From Trichinella spiralis (Eukaryota): a stretch of 54,023 nucleotides of DNA. Below the pieces are notes generated by a model that ran no database searches, was not told the DNA's origin, and saw only the letters and a list, made by a program, of their open reading frames with translations. This document shows positions 37,647 through 49,794 of the stretch, piece by piece. Position 1 is the first letter of the stretch; each line of letters opens with the position of its first letter. Location: assembly GCF_000181795.1 (NCBI RefSeq), contig NW_003526941.1:1522624-1576646 (forward strand), given 5' to 3'. The translations under genes were made by a program, and so were the position numbers.

Positions 37647-40109
37647 CTATAGCAAGCTGCGCGGCTTCGATGAATCCGCTGGCAGCAGTTGAGTGCCGGA
37701 ATTGGAAACGCCACGTCGACCACTGGAGCTCGTCCATCTGGTCGAGGTGGCAGTAGCGGTGGTGCTGAACATGGGAACATAGTGCTGAAAAGAGCCATAG
37801 CCGCCGGCCTGCCGGCGACGTTGATGCAGCTCATTTAAATACAATATATCAAAATTAACTGGCGCCAGAGCGGAAGAAATGAGACTATTACTACCAGTAC
37901 CACTAGTCACTAGAGCGGGTGTGGTGATTTGTTGTTGTTGGTTGCATAAATGAGCAATAGCTGTTGTTGATTCAGTTGTTGTAGTTGGTAGCAAACTCTG
38001 AGAAGCGGAAGCGAACAGCGACGAAGTGGCCGAACCGGTGATTCCGTTGAAAAAACTCTGACCAGCGGACGAGTACGCCTGAGGTGCGACACTTCTGCGC
38101 ACCCCGGCTCCACGTAACGGATACTGCTGACAATATGCCATGCCGGCACCACTGCTGGCCAACAGATTCGGATTCAAACAAGCGAAATAGCTTTGCGTCA
38201 GCGGATTGGAAGAAAGCATCCGACCATCGTTGGCAAAGTGCTGCTGTTGCTGTTGTTGTTGTTGTTGTTGTTGCTGCTGTTGTTGTAGTTCAATTTGCAT
38301 AGCATCTCGATCGGCTTGTTCACGCAACGAGCGCAAAAATTCCAAATCCGCTTCTGGTGGTTGCCAGTCGGGATTTTGGTTCAAAAAATTCAACACCGAC
38401 AGTTCAATTTTACCATTGATCAGCGGCCCGTCGAACGACTGGCGCCGGAGCCCAATCCGGGCGGAAGACTGACCGTTGTTCGAAGTGCCGTTGGCGCCTT
38501 GTTCACGGACATCCATCTGCGCCAAAGAGCAGACGTCGCCCAAGCCGGCCACTTCGATCGTGAAATTACGGAAAAAGTCGACAAAATCGCCGGCGCAGGG
38601 TCTCAGCCAGAACAGCAACGCCAACGGGCAAAGCAACGGACCGAGCAACTCTTCGACCACAAACGTGGCCCTGTACTGGTAGAAGCGGGAAAATTCGCGC
38701 CGCACCCAAGCTTGGTGCGCCTGGCCACGCCACGAATTGGGCAAACAGTGGACGTAGGCCAGGACGGCGTTCATCATCGCCTCCGGGCAGAAGATCGCGT
38801 TCTCATCTTGGATGAACGTGTGGCAGATGACGATCACCACTCCGCTGGCGGTCAAGATATGCAACACGTTTTGCACGTGCAGCACATCTTCGTCGTACAA
38901 GCTGAGCATGAAGAATACGGAAAAGAACGCCGCCGCCACGAAGGCGACATTTTTGGCGACAATCTCCAGCGTGTTCGAGACGAACATCTGCATGTAGAGC
39001 GACGCCGGCTTGTAAGCGCAGCAGAGTCGGTTTTCCAGTTCGTGGTCGAGTTCGTTGTAGTTGCGGAAATAGTACCGACCGTACAGTGACCATTTCCTGG
39101 CCCCGAGCGCGCCCGGCTCGCGCTTGATCAATTCCACATAAGTGAAAATGCTGTACAACACTTGCCAGGCGAACACCAGCGGCGAGAGCAGCAAATTGAC
39201 CACACCGAACCACAGGATTACGCTCTTCAAGTGGTCAGTGAGCATTTGGCGCCGTTCGCGGCGTTTGTAGTCGGGCTTCAGTTTCCAATAATTTTCCCAA
39301 GGCGACCACGGACCCCAGAAGAACAACAAATCCAAGTTGAACTTCAAGCCCAAAGTCATGAACGTCAGCTCGCCGAAAAAAGGCACGCGAAATTTCGGGG
39401 GCAGTAGTCCTTTGTTGAACATGGCGACCAGAAAGTTTTTCCTCCTCAAAATGCGCTGGTAGATATCCAAACAGGTGAGGTGGGATTTTTGTACGCACAG
39501 CTTGTACGGCGACTGCATGTCGCACAGCTTTTCTTGCACTTCGTACCAGGTCAGATTTTTCAGCATACCATCGTCCACGTGCAAGGCGGTCGTGTAGAAG
39601 CTGCGGATGTCCGCGAAAATGGACAGTCGGTAGAAGAAGCGAACCAACCTGTGCAGCCAGAACGTGGCCGCAATCACAAGCACTACCGCTAGCCAACCGC
39701 TGCGCCATACGCAATTGTCGGACCCGTACCGTTCGCAAGAACAATCGACCACGTCCGAGAGACTCAATTTGGTCGAATTGCCGCCATTTTGGCGACCTTG
39801 GAACAGCAGCTTATAGTCCACACAGCCGATCAGTGCCGTGCTGAACGACACGACGAAAATGTACTGGATCAATTCCAGCACATCGGACAGGACAATGCAA
39901 CTCAGACCCTGACGTTGGTGGTACTCGTAGACGTGGAAGAAAAATTCGTCCAAATTATTTATATGCTGCCATCGACTGCTTCGATCCTTGGCCGTCACGA
40001 TCACTTGGTCCGGCTGGAAAGGTTGACTGCAGAAGGAGGGCGGTGGCGATCGTCTCGGCTCGTCTGCTTGGAAAAGACCGATGCTGTCCATCCGCATGTA
40101 CTGCGACAT
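37647..40109 (-). CDS. atg-9: Autophagy-related protein 9 (lipid scramblase), single coding exon, 820 aa
   Basis: WQHINNLDEFF, YEYHQRQG, DIYQRILRRKNFLVAM, GARKWSLYGRYYFRNYNELDHEL, EELLGPLLCPL, DFFRNFTIEVAGLGDVCSLAQMD, GKIELSVLNF. N-terminal YMRM (YxxPhi) sorting motif. Confidence 0.96.
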   Translation of the reverse strand: MSQYMRMDSIGLFQADEPRRSPPPSFCSQPFQPDQVIVTAKDRSSRWQHINNLDEFFFHVYEYHQRQGLSCIVLSDVLELIQYIFVVSFSTALIGCVDYKLLFQGRQNGGNSTKLSLSDVVDCSCERYGSDNCVWRSGWLAVVLVIAATFWLHRLVRFFYRLSIFADIRSFYTTALHVDDGMLKNLTWYEVQEKLCDMQSPYKLCVQKSHLTCLDIYQRILRRKNFLVAMFNKGLLPPKFRVPFFGELTFMTLGLKFNLDLLFFWGPWSPWENYWKLKPDYKRRERRQMLTDHLKSVILWFGVVNLLLSPLVFAWQVLYSIFTYVELIKREPGALGARKWSLYGRYYFRNYNELDHELENRLCCAYKPASLYMQMFVSNTLEIVAKNVAFVAAAFFSVFFMLSLYDEDVLHVQNVLHILTASGVVIVICHTFIQDENAIFCPEAMMNAVLAYVHCLPNSWRGQAHQAWVRREFSRFYQYRATFVVEELLGPLLCPLALLFWLRPCAGDFVDFFRNFTIEVAGLGDVCSLAQMDVREQGANGTSNNGQSSARIGLRRQSFDGPLINGKIELSVLNFLNQNPDWQPPEADLEFLRSLREQADRDAMQIELQQQQQQQQQQQQQQQHFANDGRMLSSNPLTQSYFACLNPNLLASSGAGMAYCQQYPLRGAGVRRSVAPQAYSSAGQSFFNGITGSATSSLFASASQSLLPTTTTESTTAIAHLCNQQQQITTPALVTSGTGSNSLISSALAPVNFDILYLNELHQRRRQAGGYGSFQHYVPMFSTTATATSTRWTSSSGRRGVSNSGTQLLPADSSKPRSLL
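38241..38285 (-). repeat. CAA/CAG repeat encoding Q15 inside ATG9
   Basis: 15 consecutive Gln codons (mixed CAA/CAG). Confidence 0.95.
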
Positions 40110-40250
40110 TGTACAACCACTCAGCGCTGCCGAACCGATTCCTTCTCACCTCTGCGGATCAGTAACAATCAGCAAATAATACAACGACAACAACACCACC
40201 TCCGTACATGGATGCATTCAGTAAGACAATTGCTATCATCATCATCAGCA

Positions 40251-40306
40251 TACTACTACTACTACTACTACCGCTACTACCGCAACTGCTACTACTACTA
40301 CTACTA
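40251..40306. repeat. Interrupted (TAC)n microsatellite just upstream of ATG9
   Basis: Direct reading. Confidence 0.85.
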
Positions 40307-42982
40307 ATGACCGAACGAACATACAGTATCTAATAGTGAGTGAAAAAAGCCAAATTTCTTTCTCTCTTTTTCTACATGCGTGCAATAGGTCAAACGCGCT
40401 GTGATTCGCGGTTTTTTTTGTTTTTTGCCTTTTTATTCATTAATATCAGGGCAACCCCGCTGTGGTGATCAGTTGATCCAAAGTTGGCGACGTGTAATTT
40501 CACGTCGATGTCAACGTCAACGGGTCAAATCAAACAAGGCTTGTCTGATTTTCATACAACAAACACAATAGTCGGACCAAACCAATTGCACATAATGCTT
40601 ATTGGGATGGTTTGATATATATATGGTGACGGCCAAACTACGACCGGTTGACCTGTTTAGCCGGACAAGCAAACAAGGAACTAGCAGCTAAGGTCAATTT
40701 GGGCAAAATACATTGCCTACGCATGGAGGCGAATCAGTGCAGCAAATTGGATCATCTCCATCGTGGATCAATGTCCCGTCTCGTTGCTTTTGTCAGTTTA
40801 ATACAATAATTTATTATTTTATATTTCTCCATAGTTCAGCATCCCCTGCGCGCGCGTGCGTGCTCGCGTATATTTGCTTGTGTATGTGCTTGCTGAAATA
40901 AGCAGACGGTGGAAAGCAACTGCTTCGGCTCCATCGATCAATGCTGAACTGGCACAGCTCAACACTGGTGCAGCAAATGATTCTTTTTCCTTGTTTTCAC
41001 TTTCCTCCTTCCTCATTTTCCATAGTGCTTTTTGCAAAAACGTTGCCGACGTGCATGGGAGAAAAGTAGGAAGCAGAAGCGGCGTTGAAAAATGGCTTTC
41101 ACGCGAAAATGTATACCAAGCAACTACGACGACGACGAGATAGATAGATAAAACAGCACACGTCAAAGAATTCTTCTTCAATCGCACGATTTGTAAATAA
41201 ACGTCATCGAAGTGAAACGCTGAAAATTAATACTGAAACCGCTTGACAGCATATATACAGATGGTTGAAACAAGCAAACAAACATTCTGGATTTCTTTTT
41301 TGGAAAATCAAAGCACAATTAAAACGGGGCCAACGAGTATAATGCATTATTCATTCCTACCTCGTGTTCGAGGCAAGCGGATAAACGCTTTTTCTACTTC
41401 ATAAAACAATGCGAGCAGATAGTTATTTTTGGGAGCATCTTCTTGTTGTTGTTGATGGTGATGTTGTTTTTGCCTGGACGTGTTCACTGACGTCACAGTT
41501 TAAATTTTAGCACATAAAATGAAATATACTGACCCATTTGGACATCTGGAAACTTGTCTTTTCAAGCAGCAGCATCAAAAGCACCAATTACAAAACAATA
41601 ACCGTTATTGTTATTATTGTAATAATAATACGCTTTTCAACCGAAGATGCAATCCATATTTGAAGAATAAATGCTGAACATGGAATATGAACTGAAAATT
41701 ACTGAGAAAAAATATATGAAACGACACCAACAGCACTGTATTGTTGTTGTTTTTTCTCTCGTAAATACAAAACTGCAAAGATGACTGACGATCATAAATA
41801 CTCTCCGAAGAAGGGAAGATGAAAGAATATCTGTTTCCCGTCGATAATAATAATTATTCACAGCGAAGCAGAGGCAAATGTACAAGAGACTGTATCAAAA
41901 TATCCATCAGGTCATCAATTGCGTCGTTTTCATTAATCTCAGCGCAAAACAAACAAATACTACAATTTTATCAAACAGCCTGACTGACTATCAGCGTGAA
42001 TAGGAAAAGCTTATTATTATTGCTGATAACGCGCTTCGGAAAAGAATCGACGCCTGAGCAAATGCACTAGCAAAGTGTATTTAGTTAATAGCATGCGCTA
42101 TTACACTGATTAATTGCCAAAAATGAAAACACAATTCGCACCATTTATTTGTATCAAAGAAATGATGAACTTACTTTGTAATTTCACATTTTGATAAAGA
42201 GGTGCTGGGTTTTGCAGAATGGGTTGTCTGTCACCTTATCCGAACGACACCGAAAAGAAGGCCAGCCAATCAATTGTTGACTGGCAACTACCATGATCAT
42301 CATCGGACAAATGATCATGGTAGAAATAAAAGACACGCAAGTTCCAACAAATGTTCCCCACGTGCTTCAGTTTCGCATCACGCTGTGCAAAAAGTGCTTT
42401 TTGGCTATTCAAAAAACCTGCACAGCAGTTCACAACAAGACGATCCGTATACCTGATAAATAACGGCGGTTCTTTGTGCAATTTTTCAACAAAAAAACTG
42501 TATAATTTTTGAAAAAGCAATATCATTTTTCATAACGAAGTCACACTGCACTGACGAATCAAACTCGCTTCACATGATCAATAAATAACACTGATAGCAT
42601 ATTGATTTTGAATTTGGTTTTGCTTGATTACAATCTGTTCAATTATTGTTCCGTTTCCTTCTTTTCTGTTGTTATGCTTTTGTTTTAAATTCCCGCCCAA
42701 TAGCTCACCCCTCCCTCTGTTCACCGTGCATTGTTCCTTTAATGCTTGCGTTGTTGACAAATATTTAAAATGTACAGCTAATTTATGTCTCATTTTGAAA
42801 TTGCTGACGCTTGTAATAATAAATATTCTACCCGTATCACATTTTCTACAATTATCATCATGTACGATGTTGTAGGGTAATTTTACTTCATTTTCTTTAA
42901 TTCTGTTGTAGCTGTTACAGTATTCTTCGCCTGTTTTGAACGTATTTCTTTGAAAAAAGAAAAATAAAAGCAAGCTGTTATT

Positions 42983-45900
42983 ATGAAACGGAAATTGAAT
43001 GACGAGAAAAGCACAGATAAAATTATCAGTGAAAAAGTGCACAACGGAATACAGGTTAGCAATGGTACAAGTGCAAAATTGTCGTGTTCAAAAGATGCTG
43101 CTTTATCTGTTGATTACCAAAGTACAAACTTTCGTACTACAGCAGAACTGGAGGTATTGAAAGTGTTTCAAAGTATATTTTGTTTTTAGTATGGAATACA
43201 TTTTTTGTATTTTTTATTTGGTTGCATTGTTCAAATGATTCGTTTGATTAAACTTTGGTTAATTACAATATTCTAATAAATTATCGCGCAACTGATGTAT
43301 GTGATTTATAATTTGTAATTTTAATATTACCAGACGGTGGTTTTTTGGTAACAATGTTTGAAGACTGCTGATAACATTTGTACTGCATTTTAGGCACAAG
43401 CTCAGGTTAATGTACTCAAAAACTCTCCTCAGCTTATGAAAGATGTCAATGCATTTCTTGCGTTGTTGAAAAAGCAGCTACGCGTTATACCAGAAGCAAG
43501 CTGCGAAGATGCTGTAATGATGAAATTTTTGTTAACTTTGGAATGCATTTCATTTTTATTGTTAAAAAATAATTTCGAAATATCTGCTAAACTGTACTGT
43601 TAATTAATTGTAATGCATTGTTAAACAAATAGGAGTATTTGTTTATTTATTATTTGGGCATTTTAAATTTTAAATTTTTTATCTTTTTTAACAAAAATGA
43701 ATTTAGGTTGCGACTGCGGTAAGGTTGGCTAAAGAATTTGATGTTCAGCAGTATTTTGAAATGCTCGTTTGTTTGGTACCGTCGAATGGCAAATTCACTT
43801 TTGCACCACCAAATTCGCTTCGGCTCATCGGAAGCTTTCCACTTGAGCTTAATGTCAAGCCTAATTTGACCGTTGACATTGCTGTTGAAGTTCCGAAGGT
43901 ACAGTTTTCTTTGTTAATTTTTACCATATTCTGTTATTATTAATTTTTGTATTTCATCTTAAATCGGATTGTTTAATTTGAATCATATATTAATTCGACT
44001 GCAGTAAGATTATGTAATGTGCTATGAAAAGACACTAAAAGTATCATTACACTATTTAGTAATTTTGTATTGTTGTATGTGTAAGATAAGTTTATTGTTC
44101 AAAGTAATTGCGATTCAATAATGTATCGCGATCTATTGACCTTTGTGACAGTTTTGTTTGTTAGCTTTTAATTTTGGTTTTCATTTCAGGCAACATTTGC
44201 GGAAAGTTCTTTGAATACGTATTCCTATCATCTGAAAATGCTGTTATTTTTGTTATTGATTGCATCAAAGCTACGTACGAGCAAGTTCGTTAAGCAGTTG
44301 AATTTGGAATTTTTCCACGATGATCCTCGAAAATTGATCATCGTGCTTCATCCGAAAGGTAGAAAAAAAAAGAAATTGTTGCTGAATTAAATTGATATTT
44401 CAGTGTTGTTCATTTAATTGTGCAGGTGACTTGGATGGTAGGTGTATTTTTCATCTAATTGCCTATCCAGAGGAAGGGACGTTTCAGTTGGAAAAATTTG
44501 CACCCTCTGTTTATCATTTGAATGCAGAACGTTTTCTAAAGGCATTCGGTGAAGATATAAAGGGTCAGTATGAAATTGGCTAATATTCGTTGAAATCACC
44601 AAATAACCAAGTTGAAACCACCGTTGCAGGTACGAATTTAGCCAGTCACTTTTACAACCAGAGCATTGCACGTGATGCGGTGATGATGCAGATTTTCAAC
44701 TATTTGGAAGATGAAGAAAATTTTCCAAAAAATGCTAGAGCTGGAGTTCAGCTTTTGCGGCTCTGGATACGTCGCCGAGAGCTGGATCAAGGTTACGGTT
44801 GCGTATCATGCACTTTCTTGTCATTATTCGTTTGTTATCTCGTCAAAGAAAGACGAATTCAGTCTCATTGGACTGCATGGGATGTTTTCAAGGCTGCAAT
44901 TTTTGCTTTCAGTAATGAAATTATTATTATTATTACTTTGTTGTTGTTGAGTTGAATTTATTATTTGTTTAAGGTAATATAGAATTGGAAAATAATCCAG
45001 TGACGTTGTGTCAGTCGGAAAATGGATTGACTTTGTTGAATGAATTCAAATCTGCGTTTCCCATTGTATTTGCCGATCCAACGGGTTATGTGAACGTTTG
45101 CGCTCATTGGCACGCTTCAACCTGGAGAATGGTATAAATCTGGCGATTAGAAAAATTTACGTTATTAATTTTTGTCAGTTTTTTATAGCTGAAACACGAA
45201 GCTTTGCTTGCGAGACAAATGATTGAAAATGCAGGTTCGGAATTGTTCACCCGTCTCTGTCTTCAGCCTGTTCCTTTTGCAGAAAAATTTGATATTTATT
45301 TTACGTAAATTACTTGTAATTATTGTAATACGTAACTTTAGCAAGATTTGTAAATAATGTTTGTTTGTTTATTTATTTATTTAGAATAAATTTGCCGAAA
45401 TCGATGCAAAATGAAGTTTGGAAAAATGCTCAACTACGATGCAAACTGATCGACATGTACGGCTTGACTTCGGAAGCTATTTGGAAAGATGTGTATGACT
45501 GTATGTGGACAGCGTTGGGTGATCGTGTTTTGCTCATTGGCAAGAATGTAGTTCAATACGAAAATGTAAGCAACAGTTGCAGTTGAGTGACTGAGAAAGC
45601 AGAAGCAATTTTTTTAATTTCAGAAAATGACAAGCAATTATGTAAATTTTGAAAAAGCGCTCACATTTGGAATTTTGATCGAATCGGGCAGAAAGTGTGA
45701 TTTTGTGATCCGTGGTCCGGCGGCCAATTTGCCAGAGGTATGATCTGTGTTGTGCATATTTATGAATTGCATTTCAGTTGACTTTCATTTTTCACTAGGC
45801 GGTTAATTTTCGCAGATTTTGGGGCGATAAATCACAGATGCGCAAATTTAAGTCCTATGGAATTTGTGAAACAGTATTGTTCGATAGTTCCAACGTTCGA

Positions 45901-48297
45901 TCGATTTTTGGTGACATTGTTTATTACGTGCTGAATAGGTTTGTTTGTTTTTTTTGTTTTTGTCGATGATTAATTAATTTCTATATTTTATTTTCAGACA
46001 TATTAAAATTTCACGCAAGCGTATCATTTCTTCTGATATAAGTGAAGAATTTTGTCTGGGCTTACCCGGAGGCTACAGATTTGCAGAGAAACGGCTTCGT
46101 TTGTCCTTGCATGCGGCAATGGCAAAGGTGGAGAAATGTTTGCAACTGTTAACCGATATGCCATTTCAAATTTGCGAATTGACCAGAGTGGGATCCATTT
46201 TTTCCGATCTCGAGGTTTGAAATTTTATTTCGAATCAATTATTTCCACTTGTATTATTAGAAGAATATGCTTAATTTGTTGGAAAATTTTAAAGCAGTAG
46301 TATTTCTTCAGTCATTGTTAAGCATCAACAACAACAATAATAATAATAATAATAATAAGTGCAGTGAAATTATGAACGTTTTCTTTTTTTTACTTTTAAA
46401 TGGGTAATGTTTCTATTTTGATTTTTTAAAATTACTTTTACTTAGGTCTATTATCCTGTGCCTGTTGATTTGCAGTACAACAAGCTGTCTTTACCAATAA
46501 TCAATGGTTGCTTTGTACCGGAGGCAACGGCAAAGGTACCACCGTGGTGTCCTTCTTGTGAAAGTGATTTATTTTTTTGTCTGTTTAGTTTCAATCTACC
46601 GGTAATCTGGTTGTTTGTTTATTGGTTTCTTTTTCATTTTCAGTGATGATGATTATCGACATCAAATGTCGATATTTGAACAGTTTATCTGAATTGCGCA
46701 ACATTAAGACAGGCTGCTGTGTACAAGTGTCTGAGCAGTTGCGGAAACGCTTCAAACTGCTCTGCCAACCAGTTGAAAAGGCCATTTTAATCTTTACCGT
46801 ATAAATATTATTAATATGTGGGCATTTTGGATATTTAACTGATGAAAATTTTCACTTTAGAATGGTTATGTGTTTCGATTGCATGTTAGTTTCAAGTCAG
46901 AAGAGTTTTTTTTGAAAAATTTAGCCGAGGAGAAAAAAAATCATGCTGCAGAATTGGAAACGGAGAGCATGATTCGGTGGAAGCAAGCATTGTTTAGCCA
47001 GTTCGAAGTGTATGTTCGGTATTTTTTGTTCATTTTGAATAATTGTGTATGTTGATTTATTTATTTAAGGTTACGTCTACAATTTGAATCATTTTCGGCT
47101 ACTGTTCGATTAGCCAAACGTTGGGTAGCTAACAAAATGCTCAGTGGGCATTTCTCCGATGAGGCAGTTGAGCTGATAATTGCTTCGTTATTTCTAACTC
47201 CACAGCCATTCACCGAATCTAGGTAGCTTTTTAAATAAATTTATTCCAAATATTTGAATATTTTACTATTTTACGTAACTTTCACTTTTATCATAGGCAT
47301 CACTTGATTGGTTTTTTGCGATTTTTGCGACTTTTGTCGACATTTCCATGGTCCAGCGAACCGCTAATGGTAAATTTTAATAATATATTGACAGGTAAAT
47401 GGCAGTTTTATAATATTTTTTTTTAATTTTATATTTATATTTCGTTTATAATTTAAAGATGAAGAAATGCTGGAGTTGAAACAGCAATGGAGAATTGTTC
47501 GACCGACGCTACCACCATTTTGTTTGCTTACACCGGACGATCACAGTGGTGCAAGATGGACTCGAGCAGGTCCATCATCGATCGTTGCTGATTATATAAT
47601 TCGTAGAGCAGCATTCGATTTGCGCATCTTGCAGAACGACGGCCTGACCACGTGCACTTTACGCGTATGCAAAAATTTCTTTTTTTAAATTATTTATTGT
47701 ATATATAGATATATATTTTTTTCTTTTTGATATAATCAATGTTAAGTTAAAAATATTTTGCCACATTTTCAGAAAATAATGCATAGTGGTAAACAAGTGT
47801 TCGATGTGGTTATTCTGCTGAGTCGCAAGAGGAATTTGCAACCAACCGTTGCGCCAGTTGAAGAAGAAAATACAGCAGATGATGGAAAAGCAAACGCAGC
47901 CTACAATTTAAAAGCTTTACCAGTTGTCGATTTCAGTCCTGTTGAATTCTACGTCCGACAACTGAAAGTATGTGCAAATGTTTGATTTTGTCGAACCGAG
48001 TTTCTATCTGTGCGCTTCTAGGAAAATTATGGTCAATTTGGACTGTTCTTTTGGAATCGACTCTTCTCATCTCATTTCGTCGGTGTTCTGTGGAACAATA
48101 GATTTCGCAAAATTATCCAACATCAGAAGGTACCATTGCAGTTGATTTTTTTTTGAAACCTCGAAGATATGAACTTTGTTTTTTGTTTGTTTGTTTAGGA
48201 CCAGCAGAAGATACAAGCAACCGCCTGTACGGATGAAATTATCAAGGGATTTTATGCGTTGGGATATGATCTGGTGAAACGAATCGTTGTTCAATGA
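42983..48297 (+). CDS. nol-6: Nucleolar protein 6 / Utp22 / Nrap, multi-exon
   Basis: LIGSFPLELNVKPNLTVDIAVEVP, HFYNQSI, GVQLLRLWIRRREL, FPIVFADPTGYVN, RGPAANLPEAVNFRRFWGDKSQMRKF, FSATVRLAKRWVANKMLSGHFSDEAVELI, LPVVDFSPV. Ends ...ALGYDLVKRIVVQ* (TGA 48295-48297). Confidence 0.92.
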
Positions 48298-48438
48298 ACG
48301 TTTTCCAGTTTAGCTTTCAACTTTAGGCTGTCTTGGGTTTTTGAAACCAAAAAAAGACTTTTTTTTTAAATCAGAAACGAATGTTTTAAAGTTCATTTTT
48401 AATAATTAATTGAAGCAAGTGAAGCGAATTTGCGTATG

Positions 48439-49794
48439 TTAATCGACGCGATTGTTTCCGTCGAGAAGTTGTTCACACTGTTTTGTTAGCAGGTGATTCG
48501 AACCAAGAGTGAATCGAAATCGCCTGAGAGCGTCATTCAAATATTGCATTGCGGTTTTGCGATCGGCCAAATTTTTGTAATAAATTCCAATGGTCATGTA
48601 GTGGTACGCAAGTGTGGGATGCATTTCTGGATAGCAGACGCGCAGGCAGGGTAAAGCTTGGAGGCTAGTTTCAAGCAGCTGTTTGGAATCGTTGCAGTCA
48701 ATAAGCTGCAATTTTCGTTGGAGTAGTTTAGCGAAGAAGACATTTTCATCCGCTAATACGGACTTGCAGACGAGCAGCATCGAATCGAGCTCACTTTTGC
48801 TTAACGTTTCACTTCCCGTTTTCGCCAGCTGTTTCTCTATGTCGATCATTTTGAAAAGTGCCTGTTCAACATCTGGCCTACTGAAACAACGTTGCTCGCA
48901 CTTGGGACATGTGAAAAATGAATCGTCGATCAGGTCTTTGTCGTTGTCTGCGTTGTGGATCGGTACCGCAGTGGAACAGTTGTTGCACTTCAACGCGGTG
49001 AGTAGGTGATCGTTTGGATCAGTGCAGCGTTCGCAGAAACAGTCGAAGTACCAGCTTTCTTTGAGCAGACGACGCCGTTCCGCTCTACTATCCAGCGGGG
49101 TTATGTAGCATGTGTGTGTGCGTTTACGATCGCTCAGGTTGACCGAATCGTCCAGCGCTTTCAGCCTGGCAACAAATCCTTCACAAGTGTAAATGGCGTT
49201 CGGCCTGCACGAATGGTCATACGCACAGAGATCCAGATAAAGACCTTTGCCGATTTCATTCAAATACAGCTGATCGCCAATCGCATGCCTGTTGATGTAA
49301 TTGCGACTGTGCAATTTGAACAGCGTCTGCTCGTTCGGCAGATATTTGGCTTTGTAAAAGCGTTCCAAGCTGGCCTGGATGCGTCGGAACTTGCGCATTT
49401 CTTCCACATTTTCGCGCATCGAGCCGACGTGATGCCACAAGTCGCCCAGTTGACGTTCACTTTGACGATTCAGGTAGAAATTTTCCCGGTCGACGGCATC
49501 TTTGCCACTGCTGATCTGCATATGCCTGGCCGCGATTCGACCCAACAGCCGCACTTCGACATCAAATACGACCGGATATGCACGCTTCAGCGCTCCGCAC
49601 TCTGCCTGATGATCCCACCAGCCCAGTCGTTGACACTGCTCATTGCAGAACAGTGCTCGACGACATCGCATGCAACGAAGCAGATTTTGCTCATCACTCA
49701 AACAATACCAACATCTGCGATCCAACTGATCGTCAAGCAGCGCATATGCGAACGGGTAAAACACCAGCGAACTGCTGTTGTTATCGGTGGTCAT
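48439..49794 (-). CDS. SMYD-family SET and MYND domain lysine methyltransferase, single coding exon, 451 aa
   Basis: MYND finger CWYC...CMRC...FCNEQCQ...HQAEC. SET core GLYLDLCAYDHSCRPNA, YITPL. Post-SET WYFDCFCERC. Extra Zn knuckle CNNC...CPKC and a TPR-like C-terminus (YPEMHP, LGSNHLL). Confidence 0.92.
   Translation of the reverse strand: MTTDNNSSSLVFYPFAYALLDDQLDRRCWYCLSDEQNLLRCMRCRRALFCNEQCQRLGWWDHQAECGALKRAYPVVFDVEVRLLGRIAARHMQISSGKDAVDRENFYLNRQSERQLGDLWHHVGSMRENVEEMRKFRRIQASLERFYKAKYLPNEQTLFKLHSRNYINRHAIGDQLYLNEIGKGLYLDLCAYDHSCRPNAIYTCEGFVARLKALDDSVNLSDRKRTHTCYITPLDSRAERRRLLKESWYFDCFCERCTDPNDHLLTALKCNNCSTAVPIHNADNDKDLIDDSFFTCPKCEQRCFSRPDVEQALFKMIDIEKQLAKTGSETLSKSELDSMLLVCKSVLADENVFFAKLLQRKLQLIDCNDSKQLLETSLQALPCLRVCYPEMHPTLAYHYMTIGIYYKNLADRKTAMQYLNDALRRFRFTLGSNHLLTKQCEQLLDGNNRVD

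Noticed and set aside
38206..40307. Long + strand ORFs (e.g. 38295-39089, 39789-40307, poly-Cys 38206-38472)
   Set aside because: Antisense shadows of the GC-rich ATG9 CDS and its CAG/CAA tract; no recognisable protein.
40700..42900. Short ORFs between atg-9 and nol-6 as an additional gene
   Set aside because: No homology-like motifs or coherent exon chain; more likely promoter/UTR sequence.
43334..43347. 14-nt AG|...|GT unit in nol-6 intron 1 as a poison micro-exon
   Set aside because: Weak donor; such short units arise by chance and there is no independent support.
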